DNA from: Bacilli bacterium
Lineage (GTDB): Bacteria; Bacillota_I; Bacilli_A; RFN20; CAG-826
Direction: 5' to 3'
Assembly (NCBI GenBank): GCA_035270925.1
Contig: DATESG010000007.1
Span: 1 to 34,581 of the forward strand
DNA length: 34,581 nt
Shown: positions 7,273 through 17,501 of the stretch, piece after piece
Layout of the letters: every line of letters begins with the position of its first letter
How positions within the stretch are numbered: the first letter of the stretch is position 1
The notes under the pieces: model-generated
What the model was told of the DNA's origin: nothing
The model's database searches: none
Seen by the model: only the letters and a program-made list of their open reading frames with translations
Position numbers and translations under genes: made by a program

Positions 7273-8518
7273 CTAATAAGTCTAGTACGCCTTGATAATC
7301 GGTTCTATACACTTCGTTATCGGTGTATTCCACTTTTGGATTTGGATTGCTAAATTCGTAATATCCTTTACCAAATTCCGACGCACTCATTCCGGAACAA
7401 TATTCATTACCTGCGCTCATCCAACCAAACGGCACGCCCCAACCATTTTCATAATTTAAATATTCAACAAAATCGTTATAGTGGTTATAAGTTAGAAATA
7501 CATGACGGTGTTCGAGTGGGATGTGTTGGGCTCCAACGTTACCTTCAGTATCTCTAGCGGTGTAAACAAAGCGCACAGGCCCACGCGTGATTTTATTTCC
7601 ATTGTTATAAGGGACCTTGTAATTTGTATATCCTAAAGTCCAATCCACTTGAGTGTAACCAAAGTCAATCTCATAATATTTATAAATTCCTTCGCCACTT
7701 CTTTCCCCACCAAAGTCGGTGCGCGGAACATCCGGTTCATACATATAGTCATCGGTATTGGCACTGAAATATGAGTTATTGGCCCGTTCATAAACGTCCC
7801 AATTGGTCGACACTGAGGTTGACTTTGAGCTTTTCCAGTTAGCCGGTGCTTCTGCAAAAGCAAATAGGTAGGCAGCAACATCTTCTAATGTTACATAAGC
7901 TGCGCCATAATAAATATCCTTATTTTTACCTTCTAAGTTATTAATTGTATAGCTCTTGAAGCTCAAGTCAGGGTTATATTCATATTGGCCTTCATCAATG
8001 CGATAGACCGCTAAATTTTTGTACCGACGATTAGGAAAATGGTTAATTGTATAAGCGGCTTCCTCGGGTGTGTCTTTAACATCTCCAGAAATAAGGAAAT
8101 GATTGGTTCGATACATCGCATCTTCATAGGAGGTTGCACGAGTGTAATTTTGATTATGAAAGGCTGTTCTTTCATTTTTTGTATCGATTTGGCTATATGG
8201 GTCCGCAGATGGAATTACCTCGGTAATATCATAACTTTGCGGATCATAATAATGGAAAGATTCATATTGTTCATCTAAAAACACGCCCTCAACTGGTGTT
8301 GGCGTTGAAGTTGAATTTGATGTTTCGCCACTAACAGGTGGAAGTGTATCCTCACTGCTAATTTCTCCACTAGAGTTTTCTTGGCTAGTAACTTCGTTTG
8401 AGGTGGAATCACCTATACTAGTCATATTACTTGCCGAATTTTCACTTTGGCTATTATTCACATTGCAGGCCGATAGGACCATTAATGCGCTTAGCGATAC
8501 TAAAAAATACTTTTTCAT
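7256..8518 (-). CDS. Surface lipoprotein with a Ser/Thr-rich linker and a barnase-like (microbial guanyl-specific RNase) domain
   Basis: GGGAGG RBS 5 nt before the ATG at 8518. Lipobox LSAC. The domain resembles barnase: EDVAAYLFAFAEAPANW (compare DGVADYLQTYHKLPDNY), YYEIDFGY (compare WREADINY, Glu), ITRGPVRFVY (compare RNSDRILY, Arg), LTYNHYNDFVEY (compare KTTDHYQTFTKI, His). Confidence 0.6.
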   Translation of the reverse strand: MKKYFLVSLSALMVLSACNVNNSQSENSASNMTSIGDSTSNEVTSQENSSGEISSEDTLPPVSGETSNSTSTPTPVEGVFLDEQYESFHYYDPQSYDITEVIPSADPYSQIDTKNERTAFHNQNYTRATSYEDAMYRTNHFLISGDVKDTPEEAAYTINHFPNRRYKNLAVYRIDEGQYEYNPDLSFKSYTINNLEGKNKDIYYGAAYVTLEDVAAYLFAFAEAPANWKSSKSTSVSTNWDVYERANNSYFSANTDDYMYEPDVPRTDFGGERSGEGIYKYYEIDFGYTQVDWTLGYTNYKVPYNNGNKITRGPVRFVYTARDTEGNVGAQHIPLEHRHVFLTYNHYNDFVEYLNYENGWGVPFGWMSAGNEYCSGMSASEFGKGYYEFSNPNPKVEYTDNEVYRTDYQGVLDLLASFDA

Positions 8519-8546
8519 AAGACCTCCCAATCTAAAAGACTAAACT

Positions 8547-8575
8547 AGTATAAAGGGCATCGCCACTAAATACAA
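8547..8575 (-). promoter_or_regulatory. Candidate promoter for the RNase lipoprotein gene
   Basis: On the - strand: TTGTAT (8575-8570), a 17-nt spacer, then TATACT (8552-8547). Confidence 0.4.
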
Positions 8576-8580
8576 ATAAT

Positions 8581-9456
8581 TTAGTCGATAGTTTCGACTA
8601 TATCTTGGCTAACATTTAAACCTGTTAAATCAGTTAGCGTTTTTAACTCATATGGTGGAAATAACATCGTATATTCTTCGCCGTTTATCTCTAAAGTTAA
8701 GCGGTAATGTTGACGTAAGAAGATTGCGCCCATGGAATTGGTTTTAAGTTTATAATCGGCATATTCACTGGAATTATAGGGAACCTTCTTGTTCCAAATA
8801 TCCATCGAAACCGTATTTTTTAACTCGGTCAGGGTCTTTAATGATGACAAAGGAAAAGCAAAAACACGTGCTAAATCTGCAAGATAAAAATTTTGATCAT
8901 CAACATAGATATTCATTTCAATATTAAAATACTGCGCTCCCAAACCGTGTTTGAGTTTTTTCTTTCCATCTTTTTCTTCATAAAAGAAATGTAGTGTGTC
9001 AATTTTAATAGCATCCTCACCAATTCCTAATTGTAGGCGAGAATCCGCAATAATTTTTTCGGCTTCGGCCTGGAGCGTTTTTACTTCTTCACTTTCGGTT
9101 AGTTTACGCGCCCTGGTCCTTTTATAGATTGCAATTCCTGCCCAAATAATAAGCGTGAAAGGTAAGCCAATAAATAACATTGGTCCCCTAGCAAAGGCCG
9201 TAGCTAAATCAACTTCTTGAAGCGCACCAATAATGCCTAAAACAAAGGCCACCGAAAGAAACATCGCCGCATAATAAATGATGAGGATGGAGATTGGCAG
9301 TTTGACTTGACGGTTGACCGTCTTTATTTTCTTGTCAAAACCCTCGATTAGAGCTGATTGCGCTTCATCGATTTCCTTAACAATAAAGTGTTCACCATCT
9401 AGATGTGCTGGCCCGACTTGGTTTTTTTCGTATTTGACTGCAAAAATATTTCTCAT
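8581..9456 (-). CDS. Hypothetical 2-TM membrane protein with a cytoplasmic C-terminal domain
   Basis: GTGAGGA RBS. Two hydrophobic helices (about residues 53-80 and 92-111) followed by KRTRARK. No family recognised. It lies 57 nt downstream of ntpD with no intervening hairpin. Confidence 0.6.
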   Translation of the reverse strand: MRNIFAVKYEKNQVGPAHLDGEHFIVKEIDEAQSALIEGFDKKIKTVNRQVKLPISILIIYYAAMFLSVAFVLGIIGALQEVDLATAFARGPMLFIGLPFTLIIWAGIAIYKRTRARKLTESEEVKTLQAEAEKIIADSRLQLGIGEDAIKIDTLHFFYEEKDGKKKLKHGLGAQYFNIEMNIYVDDQNFYLADLARVFAFPLSSLKTLTELKNTVSMDIWNKKVPYNSSEYADYKLKTNSMGAIFLRQHYRLTLEINGEEYTMLFPPYELKTLTDLTGLNVSQDIVETID

Positions 9457-9513
9457 ATGTCCTCACTTCTAATTATTCTAATTTTAACACAATAACATTA
9501 GGTTAAAAATTTA

Positions 9514-10161
9514 CTATTGTGCGTTTTTTTCAATATTGCGTTTAATGATAATGTCTTTTGACTTCATAATTCTAATCGTATTACTGAGTTCGTTATCAGC
9601 AAGTTTTTGATCAATTACTTTAATGTTAGTAATTAAATCTTCAATCACAATATGTTCGATTGCATTAACTCTACGTCTCGTTTTATTAATTTCTTCACTG
9701 AGGACGTTGACACTGCCTTCAAGACTAGATAATTCAATTAAATCATCAGAAATACGGCCGGCTAAGCGTAAGAGTTCATCAAAAATACCGGCAGAGTTAT
9801 TTAAACTATATCCATTGGCTTGTTTCTTAGTTTCTTCGCTTTTAACTAAATGAGGAATTTTAACACCCATCATTTCTTTAGTGGTTATAGTTAGTTTTAA
9901 GGTCGTGTTTATCCCTAAAGTCTTACTAAAGAGTTGTAAGTCATTTTCATAAACTTTGGCTCTTTGGTACAACTTTAAAAGTTTGACCATGTCTTCTTGA
10001 ACACGACGTTTCAGTTGCCTATAGTCCGCAACTAATTCCATAAACTGACGAATCATTTCGTCTTGTTTATCTTTCAAGAGTTTGTGGCCACGTCTAGTTG
10101 TTGCTAGCTTCGTTTTAAGCTTGAGCAACTCCATCCGTGTGTGGTTGACTGTCTCACTCAT
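9514..10161 (-). CDS. ntpD: V-type ATPase subunit D
   Basis: N-terminal TRMELLKLK...RGHKLLKDKQDE motif, coiled-coil character, and its position after subunit B. Confidence 0.9.
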   Translation of the reverse strand: MSETVNHTRMELLKLKTKLATTRRGHKLLKDKQDEMIRQFMELVADYRQLKRRVQEDMVKLLKLYQRAKVYENDLQLFSKTLGINTTLKLTITTKEMMGVKIPHLVKSEETKKQANGYSLNNSAGIFDELLRLAGRISDDLIELSSLEGSVNVLSEEINKTRRRVNAIEHIVIEDLITNIKVIDQKLADNELSNTIRIMKSKDIIIKRNIEKNAQ

Positions 10162-11546
10162 TATTGATTCTTGCCTTCAAGATAATACTTATCGATAAAT
10201 TCTTGTTTGATTCGTTTGAGTTCACTCTTAGGAAGAATCGATAATAATTCCCAACTTAAATCAAGTGTCTCAAAAATACTGCGATTGGTTTCAAAGCCTT
10301 GTCCAACATATCTTCTTTCAAATTCTTCTGCAAAACGTGCATATGTTTGATCGGTTTTCGAAAGCGCACTATCACCAAGAATTGTTGCGAGTTCTTTTGC
10401 TTCTTTTCCGCGCGCATAGCTAGCAAACAGTTGGTTCATTACATTAGCGTGATCGCCTCTAGTTTTGCCTTCGCCAATTCCCTTGTCTTTAAGACGCGAG
10501 AGTGATGGTAAAACGTCAACTGCAGGTTCAATCCCTTGCATTGAGAGACTACGACTTAAGATAATTTGGCCTTCTGTAATATAACCGGTTAGATCAGGAA
10601 TTGGGTGAGTTTTATCATCTTCTGGCATTGTTAAAATTGGCAATTGAGTGATTGATCCTTTTACACCTTTAATCCGGCCTGCTCTTTCATAAAGTGAAGC
10701 AAGGTCTGTATACATGTAGCCAGGATAACCCCGGCGCCCAGGAACTTCTTTCCGCGCCGCACTAATTTCTCGGAGCGATTCAGCGTAGTTAGTAAGGTCC
10801 GTTAAAATAACAAGGACGTGCATCCCTAAATCATAAGCTAAAAATTCGGCCGCGGTAATGGCCATCCGTGGGGTTGCTATCCGTTCAACTGCGGGATCAT
10901 TGGCGAGGTTGATAAACATGACTGTTTTAGCAAGGGCGCCGCTTTCTTTAAATGTTTCAGTAAAGAAGTTAGCTTCTTCAAAGGTAATCCCGATTGCTGC
11001 GAAAACAACAGCAAACTTCTCTTCACTATTTAACACACGAGCTTGTTTAACGATTTGCGCGGCTAATTTATTATGCGGAAGTCCGCTTGCACTGAATATA
11101 GGCAGTTTTTGTCCGCGAACTAGCGTGTTTAATCCATCAATTGAAGAAACACCAGTTTGAATAAATTCATTAGGATAGTCACGGGCAACAGGATTTAAAG
11201 GGCTCCCGTTAATATCTAAACGTTTCGTCGCAATAATTGGACCCTTCTCATCAATCGGCCGGCCGAGACCATCAAAAACACGCCCCAAGATGTGTTCAGA
11301 GACATCAAGCGTAATACTCTTACCTAAAAATATTGCTTTGGCGTCATCAATCTTGAGACCTTGACTTGATTCAAATAATTGCACAAGAACTTTATCATCA
11401 TCAACTTCTAGAACACGTCCTAATCTTTCTGGCGACTTATAAGGTTTAATAATGACAAGTTCATCGTATTTAACATCTTTGGTCTTTTCCACTAACATGA
11501 GTGGACCAACAACCTCTTTGATTGTTTTATATGCTCTAACTGCCAT
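10161..11546 (-). CDS. ntpB: V-type ATPase subunit B
   Basis: [12 protein letters not shown] start, [43 protein letters not shown]. Confidence 0.95.
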   Translation of the reverse strand: MAVRAYKTIKEVVGPLMLVEKTKDVKYDELVIIKPYKSPERLGRVLEVDDDKVLVQLFESSQGLKIDDAKAIFLGKSITLDVSEHILGRVFDGLGRPIDEKGPIIATKRLDINGSPLNPVARDYPNEFIQTGVSSIDGLNTLVRGQKLPIFSASGLPHNKLAAQIVKQARVLNSEEKFAVVFAAIGITFEEANFFTETFKESGALAKTVMFINLANDPAVERIATPRMAITAAEFLAYDLGMHVLVILTDLTNYAESLREISAARKEVPGRRGYPGYMYTDLASLYERAGRIKGVKGSITQLPILTMPEDDKTHPIPDLTGYITEGQIILSRSLSMQGIEPAVDVLPSLSRLKDKGIGEGKTRGDHANVMNQLFASYARGKEAKELATILGDSALSKTDQTYARFAEEFERRYVGQGFETNRSIFETLDLSWELLSILPKSELKRIKQEFIDKYYLEGKNQ

Positions 11547-11549
11547 GAT

Positions 11550-13310
11550 TTACTCCTTTACCAGTCGTTTGAATTCGAATTCAATATGCTCTAAGATATT
11601 TTTATAAGTTTCTTTGAATTCGCTTTCGCTGACATATTTCATTTTTCCGATGCGTTCATTAACATCTAAAAATTCAATCTTTTCGTATTTGATTCCCTTA
11701 GCAACAACTTCTAAGGCGTTATCATACCAGTTGATAATGATATCTAGCATCTTGGTTTGTTTATCAAGTGATGTATAAGTATCGGTTTCATCAAAGGCGT
11801 TTTGTTGGAGATAATCTTCTCTTAACATTCTCGCCGCGTGAAGGGTCGAGCGATCTTTACTACTTAAAGTATCAATTCCGACTAACTGAACAATTTCTAA
11901 AAGTGAGGCTTCTTGTTGAAGCATGATTGATGCACGTTTCGTATGTTCTTGCCATGCGCTGTCAAATTCTTCGCTAATATATTTTCTAATCACATCACTA
12001 TAAAGCGAATATGATTTTATCCAATCAATCGCTGGGAAGTGGCGGCGGTAGGCTAGTGAGGAACTTAAACCCCAGTAAACTTTAACGATTCTTAAAGTCG
12101 CTTGCGAAACTGGTTCGCTTGTATCGCCTCCAGGAGGGGAAACCGCACCAATCGCCGTGACTGCACCAATAGAGTGGTTGCCTAAAGCTTCAACTAGTCC
12201 AGCCCGTTCATAGAATTCAGCAAGTCGACTTGATAAATAAGCCGGATAACCTTCTTCACCAGGCATTTCTTCTAAACGTGAACTCATTTCGCGTAGAGCT
12301 TCCGCCCACCGTGAAGTTGAATCCGCCATGACAGCAACTTTATAACCCATATCACGGTAATATTCGGCAATTGTGATCCCGGTATAAATACTTGCTTCAC
12401 GCGCGGCAACCGGCATGTTGGATGTGTTGGCAATTAAGACTGTTCTATTCATTAATGAGGCACCCGTCCGTGGGTCAATAAGTTCTGGGAATTCATTAAG
12501 GACGTCGGTCATTTCATTGCCGCGTTCTCCACAACCAATATAAACAATAATATCAGCATCACTCCACTTCGCTAATTGGTGTTGAACAACCGTTTTTCCA
12601 CTGCCAAATGGGCCCGGAATTGCGGAAATACCGCCAATCGCAATTGGAAAGAGCGTATCAATAATTCTTTGACCGGTAATCATTGGCCGTGTTGGCGCTA
12701 ACTTTTTAGCATATGGACGTTTGCGCCGAACCGGCCACTTTTGTGACATCGTAATATCAATTAAGTCGCCATCCTTATCTTTAAGTCTTGCGACAACTTC
12801 GGCGACGGTTTTCTCGCCACCAAAGATTTCCACTAATTCACCTTTTAGGTTAGGCGGGATCATTATTTTATGATTAACGGAAATTGATTCTTGGACTTCG
12901 CCTAAAATCATTCCCCCCGTCATCATCGTTCCAACTTTAGCGGTTGGTGTAAAGTGCCATTTTTTGCTGTGATTAAGTTTAGGAACATCAATGCCCACCG
13001 GAATATGTGAGCCAGCCGCTTCATAAATTGCGGTCAAAGGTCGTTGGATTCCATCATAAATACTTTCAATAAGCCCAGGACCAAGTTCGACTGAAAGTGG
13101 TTCATAAGTAAAATAAACCGGCTCCCCTGGACCAATCCCGGCTGTTTCTTCATAAACTTGAATACTGGCTAGATCTCCGCGAAGTTCAATAACTTCACCA
13201 ATTAATCTTTTTTTACCCACTCTAACGACGTCGTAAACTTGGACTTCTTCCATGTTCCGAGCAACGATTAAAGGACCAGCAACTTTTTTTATAAAACCAT
13301 GTTTTTCCAT
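11550..13310 (-). CDS. ntpA: V-type ATPase catalytic subunit A
   Basis: Walker [45 protein letters not shown]. Confidence 0.96.
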   Translation of the reverse strand: MEKHGFIKKVAGPLIVARNMEEVQVYDVVRVGKKRLIGEVIELRGDLASIQVYEETAGIGPGEPVYFTYEPLSVELGPGLIESIYDGIQRPLTAIYEAAGSHIPVGIDVPKLNHSKKWHFTPTAKVGTMMTGGMILGEVQESISVNHKIMIPPNLKGELVEIFGGEKTVAEVVARLKDKDGDLIDITMSQKWPVRRKRPYAKKLAPTRPMITGQRIIDTLFPIAIGGISAIPGPFGSGKTVVQHQLAKWSDADIIVYIGCGERGNEMTDVLNEFPELIDPRTGASLMNRTVLIANTSNMPVAAREASIYTGITIAEYYRDMGYKVAVMADSTSRWAEALREMSSRLEEMPGEEGYPAYLSSRLAEFYERAGLVEALGNHSIGAVTAIGAVSPPGGDTSEPVSQATLRIVKVYWGLSSSLAYRRHFPAIDWIKSYSLYSDVIRKYISEEFDSAWQEHTKRASIMLQQEASLLEIVQLVGIDTLSSKDRSTLHAARMLREDYLQQNAFDETDTYTSLDKQTKMLDIIINWYDNALEVVAKGIKYEKIEFLDVNERIGKMKYVSESEFKETYKNILEHIEFEFKRLVKE

Positions 13311-13319
13311 ACGCTTCTC

Positions 13320-13625
13320 CTATTCTATTTTGATTCCGATTGCGTTTTCAATTTGGCGATTAGCCTCCGCAATGGACAGTTCAATTTTGTCTTCACTAAA
13401 CGCTAGCGCCACAAAAATTGGGAAGGCTTGCGTTTTGTATTCATCTTTAATTGGCTTGATAATTTCATCAACTTCAATATCATAAATAAACACTCTTGTT
13501 TCTAAAATGTGCGCTTTGATATAGGTTGTAATAACATCAACATCGCGACTTACAAGCGTATCAAAACCCAATTGACGGAAAATTTCAATCGCATCAAGTG
13601 GACTAATTATTGCGATTTGTTTCAT
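13320..13625 (-). CDS. ntpG: V-type ATPase subunit F
   Basis: 101 aa. KQIAIISPLDAIEIFRQLGFD is typical of the F subunit, and the gene sits just upstream of A. It overlaps the subunit C gene by 23 nt. Confidence 0.8.
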   Translation of the reverse strand: MKQIAIISPLDAIEIFRQLGFDTLVSRDVDVITTYIKAHILETRVFIYDIEVDEIIKPIKDEYKTQAFPIFVALAFSEDKIELSIAEANRQIENAIGIKIE

Positions 13626-14508
13626 ATTCTTCCACCCTATTATAAATTTTCTTTAGTGTCTTAATCAGTTGTCTAAATTGGAAGGCATAAATAATAAAGA
13701 GCTCACTAAATTCGATTGAAAACACCAAATTCTTAACCTTCTCAGCGAGATAGGCATCTAAATATTTATCAATATTGACATAATTGCTCGTGATCAGTTC
13801 ATAAGTTGCAGAGGCGGCATGGTCGACTCTATCTTTTAATGAGGAAATGATTTGTTTGTTATCCAATCGATAAAAGCTCACAAACTTTTCTTTTTCAATG
13901 TAGCTGCCAATTAATTCCAGTTCAAACTCTTCAATCGTTAAGTCGAGTTTTTTTGCCCTATATAAAGTTCTTAAGTTAATCATTGTTATTTTGCTATCTA
14001 AATAAAGATTATCGCCAACTTTGTCTTTTAAAAATTGATAATATACCTTGCTAAGGATTGCTTCTTGCTTATAACCTTTGGTTTTAAATTCGCTTCTTGT
14101 CGCATTCATAATTGCAGCGTAATGATCTTGCATGCCAATGAGGTTCCCCTCTAGTAATTTAGCAAGGGATAAATGTAGATAATCAAACTCTTTAAATTTG
14201 TCTTCGAATTTAACATCATTTAATTTTAGGTTTAAGAAGGTAATAATCTCATCTGCATAGACGAGGTCGAGCAGATAATAATAGTCGTCGCTTAAAATCG
14301 CAACTAATTGATTAAACAGAACTTTTTCACTTTGATTAATTAAGGTTGCAAAGTTACTAATTTCAACCGTGCCCGCAAGTTGTAAGTGGTTTAAAAAAGT
14401 GACTACTTCTTCATTAGTCTTATTTCCAAGGTTAGCTAATTGGCTCTCAACCTTTTTTAGCTCGGCAACCTTGACGCTTAAACTTCCACTTGCATAGGCA
14501 AAATCCAT
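13603..14508 (-). CDS. ntpC: V-type ATPase subunit C (eukaryotic d homolog)
   Basis: 301-aa helical protein at the conserved position between E and F. Called by position and size; there are no sharp motifs. Confidence 0.7.
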   Translation of the reverse strand: MDFAYASGSLSVKVAELKKVESQLANLGNKTNEEVVTFLNHLQLAGTVEISNFATLINQSEKVLFNQLVAILSDDYYYLLDLVYADEIITFLNLKLNDVKFEDKFKEFDYLHLSLAKLLEGNLIGMQDHYAAIMNATRSEFKTKGYKQEAILSKVYYQFLKDKVGDNLYLDSKITMINLRTLYRAKKLDLTIEEFELELIGSYIEKEKFVSFYRLDNKQIISSLKDRVDHAASATYELITSNYVNIDKYLDAYLAEKVKNLVFSIEFSELFIIYAFQFRQLIKTLKKIYNRVEEYETNRNN

Positions 14509-15113
14509 TATTTATCTCCAAATAATTTTTGATATATCTCAAATGCATGAACTTCTTTATGCTTATCAACGAGTGCTTTAAAATCAAAATATAAGTCAAA
14601 TACTTTGTCTTCAACAATAAAGCCTTCTTCAACTGCATCATCATACACTTCAAGGCTAAAAGTCGCATCTTTAAATTTAGCATTCAAAAGATCACAATTA
14701 CTCTTGTCACTTAAAACTTTACTGAATTTGGCGAGATTGCTTTTTCTTACTAAAATTCGATGATCGCCTTTAAGGTTTTCTTTCGCAATCAAGCCACTGA
14801 CAAGATCAAGCAGTTCTTTACCTTCCAGTGAGTGGAGACGGACAAAAACATCATCATAAATTTCTTCAATCATCAAGGCCTTTAGCGCTTCACCTTTGGA
14901 TTTTTCTTCAAAATCAAGTGCTTGCTTTGTGGTTGCGATGATCTCTTTTTGCTCACCCTTAGATTTAGCCAATGTTTTGGTTTTTAGTTCGTCGGCTTCA
15001 GACTTAAAGTCCGCTTGCAACTTAGCAAGTAATCTTTCTGTTTCCGCTTCATAACTGAGGGCAAAATCTTTCTCAATTTTATGAATGTGTCTTTCTATTT
15101 TTGTGTTATTCAT
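14508..15113 (-). CDS. ntpE: V-type ATPase subunit E
   Basis: 201 aa with a long N-terminal charged coiled coil and a globular C-terminus. It sits after the proteolipid gene. Confidence 0.78.
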   Translation of the reverse strand: MNNTKIERHIHKIEKDFALSYEAETERLLAKLQADFKSEADELKTKTLAKSKGEQKEIIATTKQALDFEEKSKGEALKALMIEEIYDDVFVRLHSLEGKELLDLVSGLIAKENLKGDHRILVRKSNLAKFSKVLSDKSNCDLLNAKFKDATFSLEVYDDAVEEGFIVEDKVFDLYFDFKALVDKHKEVHAFEIYQKLFGDK

Positions 15114-15128
15114 TTTAAGCCTCGACCC

Positions 15129-15596
15129 TTATATTCCAAAGTAAATCAAGATGCTTACTAGTAAACCTAAAATTGCGTAGGTTTCGACCATGACTGTCAT
15201 TGTCATCCCGCGCGTACTTAAACTTGGGTTTTTGCCTGTCATCAAAATTGCTGATCCGGCAATTTGACCTTGATAAGCGCCTGAAACCAAACCTGAGATT
15301 CCAATTGCTAAGCCTGAAGCCATATAGGCCCATCCTTGTGCAACGGTTAGAACTTCAGGAGTTCCGCCTAATAAACCAATTTTTAGCATGATTAGAATTG
15401 CAATTAAGAAGCCATAAATACCTTGTGTTGCTGGAAGTGCTTGTAAAACGAACACACGACCAAATAGTTCTGGTTTCTCACTAATTACGCCTGTCGCAGA
15501 TTTTCCCGCGGTCGAAACGCCCATTGACGATCCCGCTCCCGCAAGACCAACTGCTAATGCGGCTCCAATTGCCGCTAATGCTACACCCATTTCCAT
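15129..15596 (-). CDS. ntpK: V-type ATPase proteolipid subunit K (double-hairpin, 4 TM)
   Basis: Close match to E. hirae NtpK motifs: LQALPATQGIYGF, SGAYQGQIAG, MVETYAILG. Confidence 0.93.
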   Translation of the reverse strand: MEMGVALAAIGAALAVGLAGAGSSMGVSTAGKSATGVISEKPELFGRVFVLQALPATQGIYGFLIAILIMLKIGLLGGTPEVLTVAQGWAYMASGLAIGISGLVSGAYQGQIAGSAILMTGKNPSLSTRGMTMTVMVETYAILGLLVSILIYFGI

Positions 15597-15599
15597 AAC

Positions 15600-17501
15600 T
15601 TATTTCTCCTTTATTTCGTTGATGTAATTTAATTCATAACCTAATGGTCTGAATGCAAATCCTCCACCTTGGTAGAACTTGCCATAAAACTCTAGATATT
15701 GAAGTCGGCCTCCGTGAACGTATGCTGATAATAAACTCATCGCAAAATTGAAGAGGTGACCAACTAAAATAATTAATAGTGCAAAGACATAACCTAGACC
15801 AAATAAACTACCCGCGACCATTCCGGCCAGTAAGTTCATTGTAAAAGCAATAACCGCGCCACTAAGGGCAAGGGCTAGTAAACGACTATAACTTAAGACG
15901 TCACTAAGATAGCTAGTTGCCCCGTAAAGACCGCCTAAACCACTCATGGCCCAAGCAAACGGATTCTTTTTACCACGTCCTGAGAAGACAAGGATAAAGA
16001 CAAGACCTAGTAAGATGAACCCCAGACTAATGGTTGATACGACTTGGTTTTTGGTCCAAATAACAGAGAGCATATCGGTGATAAAGATAAGACCAAAGAA
16101 GAGAATGAGAATCCAACTAAAGGCTTCCGCGAGCGCTCCAAGATAATCCTTTTCCCTAATCAGCATAAGCGCCTTAAACACAAGCGCAGTAATAATATGG
16201 AAGACACCCAAGACCAATGAGGCGATCAGCACAAGCATTGGATCGTCTACAGGCGAGATAAAAATCGCTGGAAGACTAGGAATGATTTCTCTAAACCCAA
16301 TCCCAAATACCGAACCGGTAATTATTCCAAAAATCATTGTTGAAACACTCGAATACATAAAGACTTGGAGGAGTTTCTTAAATCCGCCTCGGGGTTTTTT
16401 GATTTTCAGCATTAATAACGTACCGACAAAAAGAATGAGCCCATAACCGAAGTCTGCAATCATCATCCCAAAGAATAACCAGTACCAGATTGACATTGCC
16501 GCGTTTGGATCAAGCTCCGTATTGCTAGGGGTCGAAAAACTTTCGGTAATTGTCTCAAATGGTCGGACGAATTTATTGTTTTTTAAGGCAGTCGGTAACG
16601 CTTCATCTGTATTTTCAATTATTTCAAGTTCATAAGTAGTTGCGACTTTTTGCAAGACTTCTTCTAAAGCCGCGGTTTGATCTTGCCGGACATAACCTTC
16701 ACAGACAATGAAATGTTGACTTGTTTTATGAGGAACGTTATCTCTAATCAAGCGGTTAGCTTCTTTGTCGTAATAAGTTTTTATTTGTGGAAGTAGCCCG
16801 ACGTGTTCCGTAATTAAAGCACCCAGTCTTTCAATTTCAGCTTCCAACGCGACAATTTTCTTAGCGTTATTATCAATTGCAATTTGATAAGGATCTGTTG
16901 AAAGCGGTAAAGCGATTTCTTTAGCTTCGACTGCATGAAGAACAATTGCTAAATCGGTCTTAATCTCGTTGATAGTCGCAATGACAACATGAAGTTTCTT
17001 CTCAAAAACACCAAATTCATAATCAACGCCAAGTTTATCGAGTGCGTTTTGTAAATATTCCTTTTTCTCTTCATCAACAACATAAGAATTAAAACCAACT
17101 ATTTCACTTTCATCAAGTTTTTGTTGGCTCACGCTTAAAAAGGTAAAAGCCGCAAAACTTGTATTTGTTTCTGTAAGTCTTCTAACCTGTTCGCTTAGGT
17201 CACCAATACGATTTTCAAGTTCAATAATTTCATCAACGACTTTTCCCTCGTCTTCAATAACCTCATCAAGTGTTTTAAAATCAACACTGATTGTGGCGAA
17301 GGGATTTTTTCTTTTTTGATGGGATTCGAGAAGTTTGATAACCTTTTGCGTTTTTACCAAATGCTCAGCATTGAAAAGCGAGTGATTCTCGAGATTAAAA
17401 CTCTTGAGCATAAATAACTCATGCTTTTGGAGTTCAAGGAATACTTTCGTTTTCTCCTCCGGTAATAAAACGAGGTTAACACGTTTAACAGGAACAATCA
17501 T
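15600..17501 (-). CDS. ntpI: V-type ATPase subunit I (a-subunit homolog)
   Basis: 633 aa. The N-terminal half is soluble and coiled-coil; the C-terminal half is polytopic and contains SYSRLLALAL (the conserved Arg helix). Confidence 0.92.
   Translation of the reverse strand: MIVPVKRVNLVLLPEEKTKVFLELQKHELFMLKSFNLENHSLFNAEHLVKTQKVIKLLESHQKRKNPFATISVDFKTLDEVIEDEGKVVDEIIELENRIGDLSEQVRRLTETNTSFAAFTFLSVSQQKLDESEIVGFNSYVVDEEKKEYLQNALDKLGVDYEFGVFEKKLHVVIATINEIKTDLAIVLHAVEAKEIALPLSTDPYQIAIDNNAKKIVALEAEIERLGALITEHVGLLPQIKTYYDKEANRLIRDNVPHKTSQHFIVCEGYVRQDQTAALEEVLQKVATTYELEIIENTDEALPTALKNNKFVRPFETITESFSTPSNTELDPNAAMSIWYWLFFGMMIADFGYGLILFVGTLLMLKIKKPRGGFKKLLQVFMYSSVSTMIFGIITGSVFGIGFREIIPSLPAIFISPVDDPMLVLIASLVLGVFHIITALVFKALMLIREKDYLGALAEAFSWILILFFGLIFITDMLSVIWTKNQVVSTISLGFILLGLVFILVFSGRGKKNPFAWAMSGLGGLYGATSYLSDVLSYSRLLALALSGAVIAFTMNLLAGMVAGSLFGLGYVFALLIILVGHLFNFAMSLLSAYVHGGRLQYLEFYGKFYQGGGFAFRPLGYELNYINEIKEK

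Noticed and set aside
15115-15333. 72-aa ORF overlapping ntpK, plus other shadow ORFs in the V-ATPase block (9623-9853, 10299-10505, 10858-11160, 13252-13485, 14447-14683, 15200-15391, 15946-16146)
   Set aside because: These are alternative-frame or antisense shadows of highly conserved ATPase subunit genes. Their products are R/S/L-rich and carry no motifs.
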